From Promethearchaeota archaeon (GTDB lineage Archaea; Asgardarchaeota; Lokiarchaeia; Sigyniarchaeales; SOKP01), in the NCBI GenBank assembly GCA_048940645.1, contig JBHLOI010000011.1:14103-78102 (forward strand): DNA of 64,000 bases, given 5' to 3'. A program made the translations under genes and the position numbers. Positions 34,030 through 42,660 of this stretch are shown piece after piece (positions within the stretch are counted from its first letter, which is position 1; every line of letters begins with the position of its first letter). Below the pieces are notes generated by a model that did no database searches, was not told where the DNA came from, and saw nothing but the letters and a program-made list of their open reading frames with translations.

Positions 34030-36369
34030 TTATGAGTTTTTAATTTTTTTAAACTGTAAATGCTTTTTTGTGTTTATTGAATCCATTTTTTTGGAGGAGA
34101 AATAAACCAAACAAATTGGACATGCGATTAAAATAACGCCTATTATTGTTGCATGAGTAAATTCACCATTGAAATCTTTAAAAAAGTTTGTATCCGCATA
34201 ATCAGGATTCGAAAAATTCTTTTCCATAAAGCATACCCAGTATAAGGCTTCATGGCAAATTTTTTTTCTCTCAATAGATAAATAAAATTCATAAAAAGTA
34301 GAATCGAATATTCCTGCTATGAGTTCTTGAATAGAACTTATCTCAAAATAGATATTTAAATCTAATAATTCTGAAATTAGATAACTGTAATATACATTCT
34401 TTATGTTTGTATAATCAAGATGCTTTATGATAAAATTCTTAATTTTAGAATCGTCTAAATCATAGAGATTAAGTAATCTTAACATATAAATGCCGAAATA
34501 TGTATTTTCAAGGGTAAAATCAAATTCATTATCTTTGCATGGACCAAAATAAAGTTCACTAGCAGTTTCTTCTACCTGATTGAGAATATACGTACTCAAA
34601 GCACTCACATCAAATCCAATATATAAAAAGTTACCTAAATTTAAATAATCTGCAAGGAGCTCCAAGGCACGGAGTGCATAATAAGTTGTTTCGAATTCGA
34701 TACTAAAATTTTGGTATTCAACTGTAGAATGAATAAAGGAATAAGTTGGTAAAAAACCTCCATTATTTATATAATTATCATTTAAAAATTGACTTTGAAT
34801 AATTCTATTTACTATATCTAGTAAATCATGATTTAACTCGAACACTTCAAGTCTTGAAATCTTATTGAGTGTATCTAGTGCCAAAAAAGTACTTTTATGA
34901 GATTGCATTCTTCCTATTTCATATATCCCATATGAATAATATTCAACTGGAAAGGAACGGAATATTATGGAATCAAAATTCATATTTGTACAGGATATAA
35001 ACATATCACCATCTTCTGCATAATCATAATAACAGGCACTTTCTATTAATTGGTATAGTTGAGAAATGGGAAATTCATTTATTTTATCGTCATATGCATT
35101 AATCAATGAGTAAAGGAGTTGCAAGGAGGTATAGTCTTCTGAAAGAAGAGCGAATCCATCTAGGTAGAAATACTTTTCTAAAGAAGCAACAATCATATCT
35201 GTTTCAATGCTATTTAATCGTGAAAGTTCACCAACTTGTTCTAAAGAGCGAAGAATCTGAAAAGTATCAATTAACTCATGATATTGAATGTTTGTGGATT
35301 GCTCCCAGATGCCCCATGAATTTCTATTATTGAAGATGAATTGTGAAACATTTACTTTGGAATAATTAGAATAACCAGTTAAATAAGCCAATTCTAAGGC
35401 TAGAGCGCTTCCAATTACATCTAATTCGTTATGCTGTTTACAGAATGCTGAAAAATAGAAGTGATAATCGGATGGATTATATAGACGATTAAGATAGAGA
35501 TAAAAGTTATTAATATTAATAGAATCAATTTGATTGAATAATTCTAAACTTTTAAGGCAATAATATGCTGAAAGTAAATTAGGATCATTAAATTTAAGTG
35601 AGGAGATAATAAAATCGTCATCATTGAAGAAACCGCCAAAAAAATCGGGATGACTTCCAGTTGCTTGCAGTCCAACTATATAATCAATGATATTGTTCTT
35701 TACTTGAGTATATAGATCCCAATTGTCTAATATATCGATTACTTTTATTGCGTAGAATGTATTATCCATAGTAGTTAATTTCAAATAGGGGGGAAGGGAA
35801 ATATCAAATTGTTTTCCAATAAAGCCGTGTCCCACAGGATTATAGCAATCCCAAATAAAGTCTATTATGCTTTGACTATCAATGAGATCCAATTTTCCAA
35901 GAATTTTCAAAGACAATACTGCATAACAATTAATCTCAAGCAAAGAGGATAAGGGATAGATAATTTCCTTGTGGGGATCACTTTCAAGCCACCGTTTTGC
36001 GTAGTTATCAATAAAAAGATTCTCATCTGATTGATAAAAAGCCATGATAAATTCAGTAATCTGAGTGGTATTAATCTCATCCAATCTGTCCAATTTATCT
36101 AAAATTTCGAGTGTATAATAAGTTGCTTGAATGGAGGGCTCATAAATCTGAGAAAAATACCCTTTTTCACCAAATTGTCCCAATTTTTTATTAAAGATGT
36201 TGTTTATCAACCCATGATATCCTAATGAAGAAGACGAGAGCCCTTCCTTCTCTGTATATGCTGCTATAGGAGGGTTATTGGAAAATCCAATAAAGAACAT
36301 AATATTCACTGTTAAAGAAACCATTAAAAGTATAGATAGTAAGTTTTTACCTTTCATTTTTATTTGCAT
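34030..36369 (-). CDS. Large extracellular protein with prenyltransferase/terpene-cyclase-like alpha/alpha-toroid repeats and a C-terminal TM anchor
   Basis: Signal anchor 'LLSILLMVSLTVNIMFFIGF'. Recurrent repeats include 'QATYYTLEIL', 'NTFYAIKVIDIL', 'LSAYYCLKSLELF', 'TTYYALRALELL' and 'NTYFGIYMLRLL'. C-terminal TM 'ATIIGVILIACPICLVYF'. Confidence 0.4.
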   Translation of the reverse strand: MQIKMKGKNLLSILLMVSLTVNIMFFIGFSNNPPIAAYTEKEGLSSSSLGYHGLINNIFNKKLGQFGEKGYFSQIYEPSIQATYYTLEILDKLDRLDEINTTQITEFIMAFYQSDENLFIDNYAKRWLESDPHKEIIYPLSSLLEINCYAVLSLKILGKLDLIDSQSIIDFIWDCYNPVGHGFIGKQFDISLPPYLKLTTMDNTFYAIKVIDILDNWDLYTQVKNNIIDYIVGLQATGSHPDFFGGFFNDDDFIISSLKFNDPNLLSAYYCLKSLELFNQIDSININNFYLYLNRLYNPSDYHFYFSAFCKQHNELDVIGSALALELAYLTGYSNYSKVNVSQFIFNNRNSWGIWEQSTNIQYHELIDTFQILRSLEQVGELSRLNSIETDMIVASLEKYFYLDGFALLSEDYTSLQLLYSLINAYDDKINEFPISQLYQLIESACYYDYAEDGDMFISCTNMNFDSIIFRSFPVEYYSYGIYEIGRMQSHKSTFLALDTLNKISRLEVFELNHDLLDIVNRIIQSQFLNDNYINNGGFLPTYSFIHSTVEYQNFSIEFETTYYALRALELLADYLNLGNFLYIGFDVSALSTYILNQVEETASELYFGPCKDNEFDFTLENTYFGIYMLRLLNLYDLDDSKIKNFIIKHLDYTNIKNVYYSYLISELLDLNIYFEISSIQELIAGIFDSTFYEFYLSIERKKICHEALYWVCFMEKNFSNPDYADTNFFKDFNGEFTHATIIGVILIACPICLVYFSSKKMDSINTKKHLQFKKIKNS

Positions 36370-36413
36370 AATTTTAATACAATAGATTATATTGTGATCA
36401 GAATAAGTTAGGA

Positions 36414-36430
36414 ATATTTAAAGAAAAAAA
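36414..36430 (-). promoter_or_regulatory. Promoter element, TTTTTCTTTAAATA class
   Basis: The minus strand reads 'tttttttctttaaatat', 44 nt upstream of ATG 36369. Confidence 0.45.
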
Positions 36431-36462
36431 ATAGAATAAATAAAAGAAAAAAAATATTGGTG

Positions 36463-37728
36463 CTAGATTATAAGATCTCCATTAAATTGCGGAGGCCCTT
36501 TCACTTTCCAAATGCCTAAATCAAACAACTGATTATTAATAATAACAGGTTTCTCATTCTCTTTTGATGTTGAGAAATTTTCTTCAAATAGATTTTTAAC
36601 TGCGTTTTTATTTACCTCACAAGAGATAAACATTGTATTATTTTCCAAGTCTCTTAACGCATAAAAATAATATTCATTATTATCATGCGGATTGAATATT
36701 TGCATCGCATTGCCTAATTCAATCTCGATTATTTCAGGAGCTATTTTTTCATTTTCTTTGAATTGATCTAATAATACACCAAGGTGTTCCATCACTTTTT
36801 TTAACAAATCAGCAGATCGTACCAAGCTTTTAAATCCAGGAATACGGAGGCGATTAAATATCTTTCTCTCTACTTGTTTATGAATAGTACTCATTCGAAT
36901 ATTTAACCTATTACAAATATCACTTACTGTAATTGGATTTTCTGGCAAACAGAGAACAGAAATAGAGGTAGCCACTCCTACTACTACATCATCTTTAGTA
37001 TTTTTAATTGAATCCCATAATCTATATAGGATTTTTTTTGATTGATAATAAAAATACATTCCCAATCCAAAATGTTCGGTTAATTCCATAATTCTCTGAA
37101 GAATATACTCTTTTCGATTTCTCTCTTTATATTCTGGCATGAATTCATTAATCTGGAGCTTAAATGCTTGAAAATCTTTTTTAGAAATTTTTGCTACATC
37201 TAATAAAGCTCGCTCATCCACCGGTTTACATTCATATTTGTATGTGAAGTATATTACTATTGGAACCAATTTTTCAGGGCTTCTATATTTTGTACCATGA
37301 CCTAACTTTGTATGAATTTGTTTAAAGTTCTTTAAGATTTTACTCTTATCTGTAGCTGGGAGAGAAAGAGCTTCAAATATTCTGCCAATTTCAATAATAG
37401 CTTTTATTTCTACATTTTCATCATTACTTTTAATTGAATCAATCCTATTTAACCGTTCTAATCGATATGATTGAGGATTTCGTAATCTTTCTCGTTTGAA
37501 TCCAATTTTTGTTTTCCCAGGTGTGGCATATTGTAAAATATCTTCATTATAGGGCCGATGATATTGCATAATCTGGATGGGAAGCATTACTCCACAATCT
37601 TTACAAACAAATCCAAACTCATTTTGGATTATATCTGTTGAATTACATATATCACATCTTAACGAAGTACGCATCTCAACTTTATTTAATTGAGATTTAT
37701 TATGGGTTGCCAACTTAATCACAATCAC
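36463..37728 (-). CDS. tfb: TFB/TFIIB-like transcription factor paralog with a C-terminal extension
   Basis: Zn-ribbon 'CDICNSTDIIQNEFGFVCKDCG', then two cyclin-like repeats and about 90 extra C-terminal residues. The true start may be the internal Met (MRTSLRC) at 37674. Confidence 0.6.
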   Translation of the reverse strand: MIVIKLATHNKSQLNKVEMRTSLRCDICNSTDIIQNEFGFVCKDCGVMLPIQIMQYHRPYNEDILQYATPGKTKIGFKRERLRNPQSYRLERLNRIDSIKSNDENVEIKAIIEIGRIFEALSLPATDKSKILKNFKQIHTKLGHGTKYRSPEKLVPIVIYFTYKYECKPVDERALLDVAKISKKDFQAFKLQINEFMPEYKERNRKEYILQRIMELTEHFGLGMYFYYQSKKILYRLWDSIKNTKDDVVVGVATSISVLCLPENPITVSDICNRLNIRMSTIHKQVERKIFNRLRIPGFKSLVRSADLLKKVMEHLGVLLDQFKENEKIAPEIIEIELGNAMQIFNPHDNNEYYFYALRDLENNTMFISCEVNKNAVKNLFEENFSTSKENEKPVIINNQLFDLGIWKVKGPPQFNGDLII

Positions 37729-38311
37729 AAATTTTCTTAATTACTAAGTTAAAGAAGATGGGGAGTGGCCTTTTTAAATCTTATCCTCTTGATCAGAAAT
37801 GACTGATAGAATCTTTCTAATCACAAATTAGATTTTTCCACTTATGTAAAAATGGGTAAAATTTCCATTTTATCGATCACCTCCTCATGATCTGAATTGA
37901 GGAAAAGTTGATATTATCATTAAAACGTTAAAATAAAGCTAAGTTTAAATCGCAAAATTGTATTAAACCCAAGATTTAGCTAATTTGGATTAACTAGAAG
38001 ATTTTAGATTTTTTACTTTTAGTAAAAGTTATTACTTTTCTTTGTGTTTAGTTTTTAGAAAGTGAAAAAAAATCCACTCCCAGTTAGCAGGAAACACAAT
38101 TAAAACAATTTTTTTGACAAAAAAAATGCACCTAGAAGTTTAGCAGTAGGTATACCTGCTACTGTTAAAAAAAAATTACTGGGATCAAGAAAATTAATTG
38201 GAGAAAAACTTTCTGGAATGTAAGTTGCAAATGGAAAATCTTTTAAAGAATTTTTTAAAAACAACCCGGAAGGAATAAACTTTTAACTTTCTTCTTCTTT
38301 TTTTTTTAAAA

Positions 38312-38327
38312 TTTTTCCTTTATATAA
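38312..38327 (+). promoter_or_regulatory. Promoter element (leaderless geometry)
   Basis: 'tttttcctttatataa', 20 nt upstream of ATG 38348. Confidence 0.45.
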
Positions 38328-38347
38328 TTACACTTTATAATAGGATC

Positions 38348-39127
38348 ATGATATTCATTGATATGCTCATTTGGTTTTGTATTATTTTGACTATCTCACT
38401 TGTTAGTCAATTGATATATCGTTATTCTAAGGGACCTATTAGAGCATTTCTGAATGTGGTTGGCTTCATTGGAGTCTTCATTCACGAATTAAGTCATGCT
38501 TTGATGTGTATAATTTTTCGAGTGCCTCTTAGGGGCTTTTCAGTGAAATTTCGCTCACATTACACCAATGAAGTTGCCCCCCATGGAAGAGTGAAAATAG
38601 GAGAAGTGGAGCGTATATCATTTTTACAAAAGGTAATGGTATCAGTTGGTCCACTGATCATCTCTACATGGATCTTTTTATTCTGCCTTGATATAATAAC
38701 AATACAGGAAGCTGAACTTATGACCAAGATTGTCCTAGGGCTTATTATGGCGTCTCTATTAATAGGAGCAAGCCCTTCAGGGCATGATATTTACTACATG
38801 TTTTACTCATATGGCATAGATCCACTGTATTCCACCTACCAATTGTTTCTAACAGCATTAGCTATAATTATTGTTTATTTTGGAATTGATTTTTCATCAA
38901 TTGTCCTTCCCATGGAATTGTTTTACTACATTTTAGCTTTCTTTACGGTTATCGCATTCTATTTTACACTTAAATATTTTCTAAAATTTTTCTATTATCT
39001 ATACCGCCGGATATTCCACGCTTCACAGTTTACCTCTCGACAACTAACTCGTAAAAGGCATAAGCCTTATAAACCAAAAGAAGAATATTATGAGGAAAAT
39101 TATATTAAACGAGGGTATAATGAATGA
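38348..39127 (+). CDS. Polytopic membrane protein with an HExxH motif (putative M50B-like metalloprotease)
   Basis: 'GVFIHELSHALMC' sits at the end of TM2, and there are about 6 TM helices. Confidence 0.4.
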   Translation: MIFIDMLIWFCIILTISLVSQLIYRYSKGPIRAFLNVVGFIGVFIHELSHALMCIIFRVPLRGFSVKFRSHYTNEVAPHGRVKIGEVERISFLQKVMVSVGPLIISTWIFLFCLDIITIQEAELMTKIVLGLIMASLLIGASPSGHDIYYMFYSYGIDPLYSTYQLFLTALAIIIVYFGIDFSSIVLPMELFYYILAFFTVIAFYFTLKYFLKFFYYLYRRIFHASQFTSRQLTRKRHKPYKPKEEYYEENYIKRGYNE

Positions 39128-39462
39128 AGATCTTATGTTATTTTGTCATAATTATAGCCTTCATGATGTATTTTCAGAAGGAACCGATCTATACTGTCGT
39201 AATTATAGGAATAGGGATTGGACTTTACATCTATTTTAAATCACGAAAAGGAAAGTCAGGTGTATTCGGAAAATTTCTAGGTGGTAACTCAGAAGATTCA
39301 GATGACCGTATGAATGATTTAATTTTATTTTTCATGCTCCAGCAGATGGCTACTAATTCTTCCCAGCAACATGAATCCACAAAACAACGAGAGAAAGACA
39401 AGAAACAAGATCAAATTGATAAGATAAAGCACGAAGTTCTTGATCTTTTAGAGAGTGATTAA
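39124..39462 (+). CDS. Small membrane protein
   Basis: Two N-terminal TM helices and a charged tail. ATGA overlap with the upstream gene, and its stop abuts the next ATG. Confidence 0.4.
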   Translation: MKILCYFVIIIAFMMYFQKEPIYTVVIIGIGIGLYIYFKSRKGKSGVFGKFLGGNSEDSDDRMNDLILFFMLQQMATNSSQQHESTKQREKDKKQDQIDKIKHEVLDLLESD

Positions 39463-40170
39463 ATGCAAGACTTTTTATTAGAAATTAAGACCTTACTTCA
39501 ATCTAGAATGCTGATATCCATTTATGGAAAATCAGGTACAGGAAAAACTTTTTTAGGCCTATATTTATTAGGTAATTTATTGACTGAAAAGGAACCATAT
39601 CATTATCAATGTATTTGGATACAAGCCTGTGAATTTTTTCCATCAAAACGACTCTCTCAGTTATTTCAAAAAGACCTTAACAAATTACAATTTCTAAGAA
39701 ATAATATTTTTATTACACCTTTGAAAAAACCATTTCTTTCTTATCAAGAACAAGCAGTTTTAATTTCCCAAATTCAACATAAAACTTTACCTCCTGAACT
39801 GAAGGTAATAATAATTGATAATATTTCACATCATTTACGATATGAAATTTCAAAATATGAAAGTATTTCAGAAAAAGTGTTTATTCTAAATGATTTTTAT
39901 GAAAACCAACTATTTCCTTTAATTATGTATTGCCAACAAGAGAATATGATTCTCATATTAATTCATGAAGTGTCTTATAACCCAAACTTAAAAAAGATCG
40001 TGCCATTTTTGCATAAATTATATAACCGGATTGATAGTATTAATGTTTACCTGGAAAAAAACCTATTATCTGAAAATAAGATATTACATCTTATTTATTC
40101 TGATTATAATAATCAATTTAATTATCGTATTGAAAATCACGGCTTCCAATGGATTGAATCTCTCTTATAA
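39463..40170 (+). CDS. RecA-superfamily ATPase, RadB-like RadA paralog
   Basis: Walker A 'YGKSGTGKTFLG' and Walker B-like 'VIIIDNISHHLRYE' (compare RadB 'VVDSxTxxYR'). It is 235 aa with no HhH domain. Confidence 0.55.
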   Translation: MQDFLLEIKTLLQSRMLISIYGKSGTGKTFLGLYLLGNLLTEKEPYHYQCIWIQACEFFPSKRLSQLFQKDLNKLQFLRNNIFITPLKKPFLSYQEQAVLISQIQHKTLPPELKVIIIDNISHHLRYEISKYESISEKVFILNDFYENQLFPLIMYCQQENMILILIHEVSYNPNLKKIVPFLHKLYNRIDSINVYLEKNLLSENKILHLIYSDYNNQFNYRIENHGFQWIESLL

Positions 40171-40208
40171 TATTTAAAGCAAAACTGTGTTGTTTATTGA
40201 TATATTAA

Positions 40209-40673
40209 TTATTTTAGTGAATGATTCTCAGCTCCACAATTTAAGCATTGAAAGATCCCATGGTCCTCGTCAATATTTTTTAGGTTATTTTTTACCCCAC
40301 AATACCCACAGATATAGTTAACCCTTTCCGCTCCTAAATCTCCTATCTCTTTCTCAATTCGGAGCATGTATGTTATATTAGGTGCTGCTTCCATTTTTGT
40401 CTCAATAATTTCTTTTTTTTCTTCAATCCTTTTTCTCCTTTTTTCAATCCGTTTTCTCCTTTCTCCTTTTGTAGGAATAAATAACAACCAACCAAAAATA
40501 CTGATTAAAGTACCAACCAAAAAGAATTGAAGACCAGAATCAAATAAAATGAACTGAATTAATCCCACCAATTGAATTGGTATAGCAACAAGTAATAAAA
40601 TTACTGATATCCATAGGAATATCTTCTTAACCAAACCCAAAATACTCACCACGTTTGTGAGAATTAGATTCAA
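40209..40673 (-). CDS. Membrane protein with a C-terminal zinc ribbon
   Basis: Two TM helices, the basic repeat 'RRKRIEKRRKRIEE', then 'CGYCG...CLNCG'. Confidence 0.45.
   Translation of the reverse strand: MNLILTNVVSILGLVKKIFLWISVILLLVAIPIQLVGLIQFILFDSGLQFFLVGTLISIFGWLLFIPTKGERRKRIEKRRKRIEEKKEIIETKMEAAPNITYMLRIEKEIGDLGAERVNYICGYCGVKNNLKNIDEDHGIFQCLNCGAENHSLK
40422..40463. repeat. 21-nt tandem duplication (2 copies, 19/21 identical) inside the 40209..40673 gene
   Basis: 'ttcaatcctttttctcctttt' / 'ttcaatccgttttctcctttc', encoding RRKRIEK/RRKRIEE on the minus strand. Confidence 0.7.
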
Positions 40674-40798
40674 TATAAGTTTTTACAAATTTATCAAAAA
40701 TTTTAATCAGAGACTTTTTTGTTAATAATAATAATTGCGAAATAAAAATATCTGATTCAAATCTATTTAAAGCAAAAATCTCCTACTTGTTACCATTA

Positions 40799-40813
40799 TT
40801 TTTCTTTAAAAAA
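40799..40813 (+). promoter_or_regulatory. Promoter element (leaderless geometry)
   Basis: 'tttttctttaaaaaa', 20 nt upstream of ATG 40834. Confidence 0.45.
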
Positions 40814-40833
40814 GTCTACTTTTTATAGTTATT

Positions 40834-41214
40834 ATGGGACTCAATTCTAGTGATTCATTGAGAAAGGAAATTTGTTGTGTAATTTGTAATAAAAATATAA
40901 AAAAAATTGACGAAGTTTTCCAACTCTCTCACAAATTAGGAATAATATGTCAAAACTGTGTGAAAGTTTTTTCTCCTGAAGATATTGAAATAATGACCTA
41001 CTTATTTTTCATTTATGGGGGTTATTTTGGAAAATTCGATCAAAGAACTTTTTCCTTACCAGAGGCAATCAAATGTTTGACAAAGCAAGAATTTAATCCT
41101 AAAAACCGGATAATGATTGAAGATCTTAATGAAAGATTAGTCCATAAGGCATTATTACATGGAATTTCTCCAGTTAATCTAGTAAAAACGTTAGAAAACT
41201 TTTTGAATAGATGA
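40834..41214 (+). CDS. C4 zinc-finger protein, family shared with 53828..54214
   Basis: 'CVICNK..(20)..IICQNCVKVFSPEDIEIM', 'GGYFGKF', 'HKALLHGISP'. The same blocks occur in the 128-aa paralog. Confidence 0.55.
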   Translation: MGLNSSDSLRKEICCVICNKNIKKIDEVFQLSHKLGIICQNCVKVFSPEDIEIMTYLFFIYGGYFGKFDQRTFSLPEAIKCLTKQEFNPKNRIMIEDLNERLVHKALLHGISPVNLVKTLENFLNR

Positions 41215-41244
41215 TATTGTGGAATTTCTTCTTTTTGTATTCAA

Positions 41245-41261
41245 TTTTTTCTTTATAAATA
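41245..41261 (+). promoter_or_regulatory. Promoter element upstream of radA
   Basis: 'ttttttctttataaata', 46 nt upstream of ATG 41308, which is itself preceded by GGAG. Confidence 0.5.
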
Positions 41262-41332
41262 AGGATTGTATCTAACTAGGTAATTAAAATTATAAATTGG
41301 AGTTGATATGAAAAATAGCTGATCTTAATCTT

Positions 41333-42562
41333 GTGAAAGGAATTAATGCTCGTCAAATAAAGTTGCTCCAAGAAAATGGCATCAGTACAGCTGAAGCTTT
41401 GGCTATGTCTCCTCATTCTATCGTATCAGATGTTGATGGTTTGGGTGAAAAAACTGCTAAAAAGCTTATTTGGAACGCTCGAAACGCATTAGGTATGACC
41501 GAATTTACCATAGCTGAAGAAATTGATGAAAATACTGAGTATATCACCACAGGCTCTTCAGAGTTAAATCGTATTCTTGGTGGAGGAATTGCCACTGGAA
41601 AATTAACGGAGGTATTTGGACCATTTAAATCAGGAAAAACAAACCTCGCTCACACAATTGCAGTTACAATACAATTACCAGAAAAAAAAGGGGGATTAAA
41701 TGCTACAGTTGCATATATAGATTCGGAAAATACGTTTGCGAAAGAAAAGATTAAACGTATCGCCAAACGATTTGGACTTGATCCTAAGAAAGTGCTTTCC
41801 AAAATCCATCATGGAAGGATTTACAGTTCTGATCATCAACAACAGATGATTGTTAAAGCAGAAGCTTTATGTAAGACTCGTGGAGTGCGATTAATTGTAG
41901 TAGATAGTTTGATGGCCCTTCTACGAAATGAATATGTGGGCATCGGGATGTTAGCTAGACGCCAAAATGTACTCAATAACATGATCCATGCCCTATCAAG
42001 AACGGCAGAGACCTATAATTGTGCAGTCTTGCTCACAAATCAAGTAGCTACAAAAATGGTAGGAATGTTTTCAGCTGATGATGCAATTGGAGGAAATATT
42101 GTCGCTCATGGTTGTCATTTTCGAGTGATGTTCAAAACCAAAGGATTTTCTTCTAACAATTCTTTGAAACGTAGAGCTATTATTGTGGATGCCCCAGATT
42201 TACCTCCTGAAGAATGTGAATTTTTCATAACCAGTGCTGGTATTGCTGATTCTGATCAAGTTGAAATGCCAAAATCTAAAGAAATGGATTTTCAAATTGA
42301 GGCCTTATACGAAGAATCAAATGTTAACCAAGAAGAGGCAGTTGAGTCCAATATTGAGACAGAGGAATCAGATGAAAGTGATCTTACCAGTGTAAAGGGT
42401 ATTGGAAAAGGCACTGCTGAAAATTTAATGAACTACGGAATATCTAGTATCTCTCAATTAATTGAGTCTGATCCAGAGGACGTGGCATCAAAAATAAGCG
42501 GTATATCTTTAAAAAAGGTACAAGAATGGCAGGAAAATGCACGAGCAATTTTACAAACCTAA
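41333..42562 (+). CDS. radA: RadA recombinase with an extra C-terminal HhH module
   Basis: N-terminal HhH 'GINARQIKLLQENGISTAEALA..GLGEKTAKKL', Walker A 'GPFKSGKT' and Walker B 'LIVVDS'. An acidic linker and a second HhH 'LTSVKGIGKGTAENLMNYGISSISQLIES' follow. The listed GTG start is probably not the true N-terminus (see findings). Confidence 0.9.
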   Translation: MKGINARQIKLLQENGISTAEALAMSPHSIVSDVDGLGEKTAKKLIWNARNALGMTEFTIAEEIDENTEYITTGSSELNRILGGGIATGKLTEVFGPFKSGKTNLAHTIAVTIQLPEKKGGLNATVAYIDSENTFAKEKIKRIAKRFGLDPKKVLSKIHHGRIYSSDHQQQMIVKAEALCKTRGVRLIVVDSLMALLRNEYVGIGMLARRQNVLNNMIHALSRTAETYNCAVLLTNQVATKMVGMFSADDAIGGNIVAHGCHFRVMFKTKGFSSNNSLKRRAIIVDAPDLPPEECEFFITSAGIADSDQVEMPKSKEMDFQIEALYEESNVNQEEAVESNIETEESDESDLTSVKGIGKGTAENLMNYGISSISQLIESDPEDVASKISGISLKKVQEWQENARAILQT

Positions 42563-42660
42563 TTCTTAGTTTTTTTCTTCTTATTTTAAAAAGGAATAAA
42601 TCGAACATTTCTTTAACAAAAAGGTTAAATAATGAGATATAATCTTTTTAAAATAGAAAA

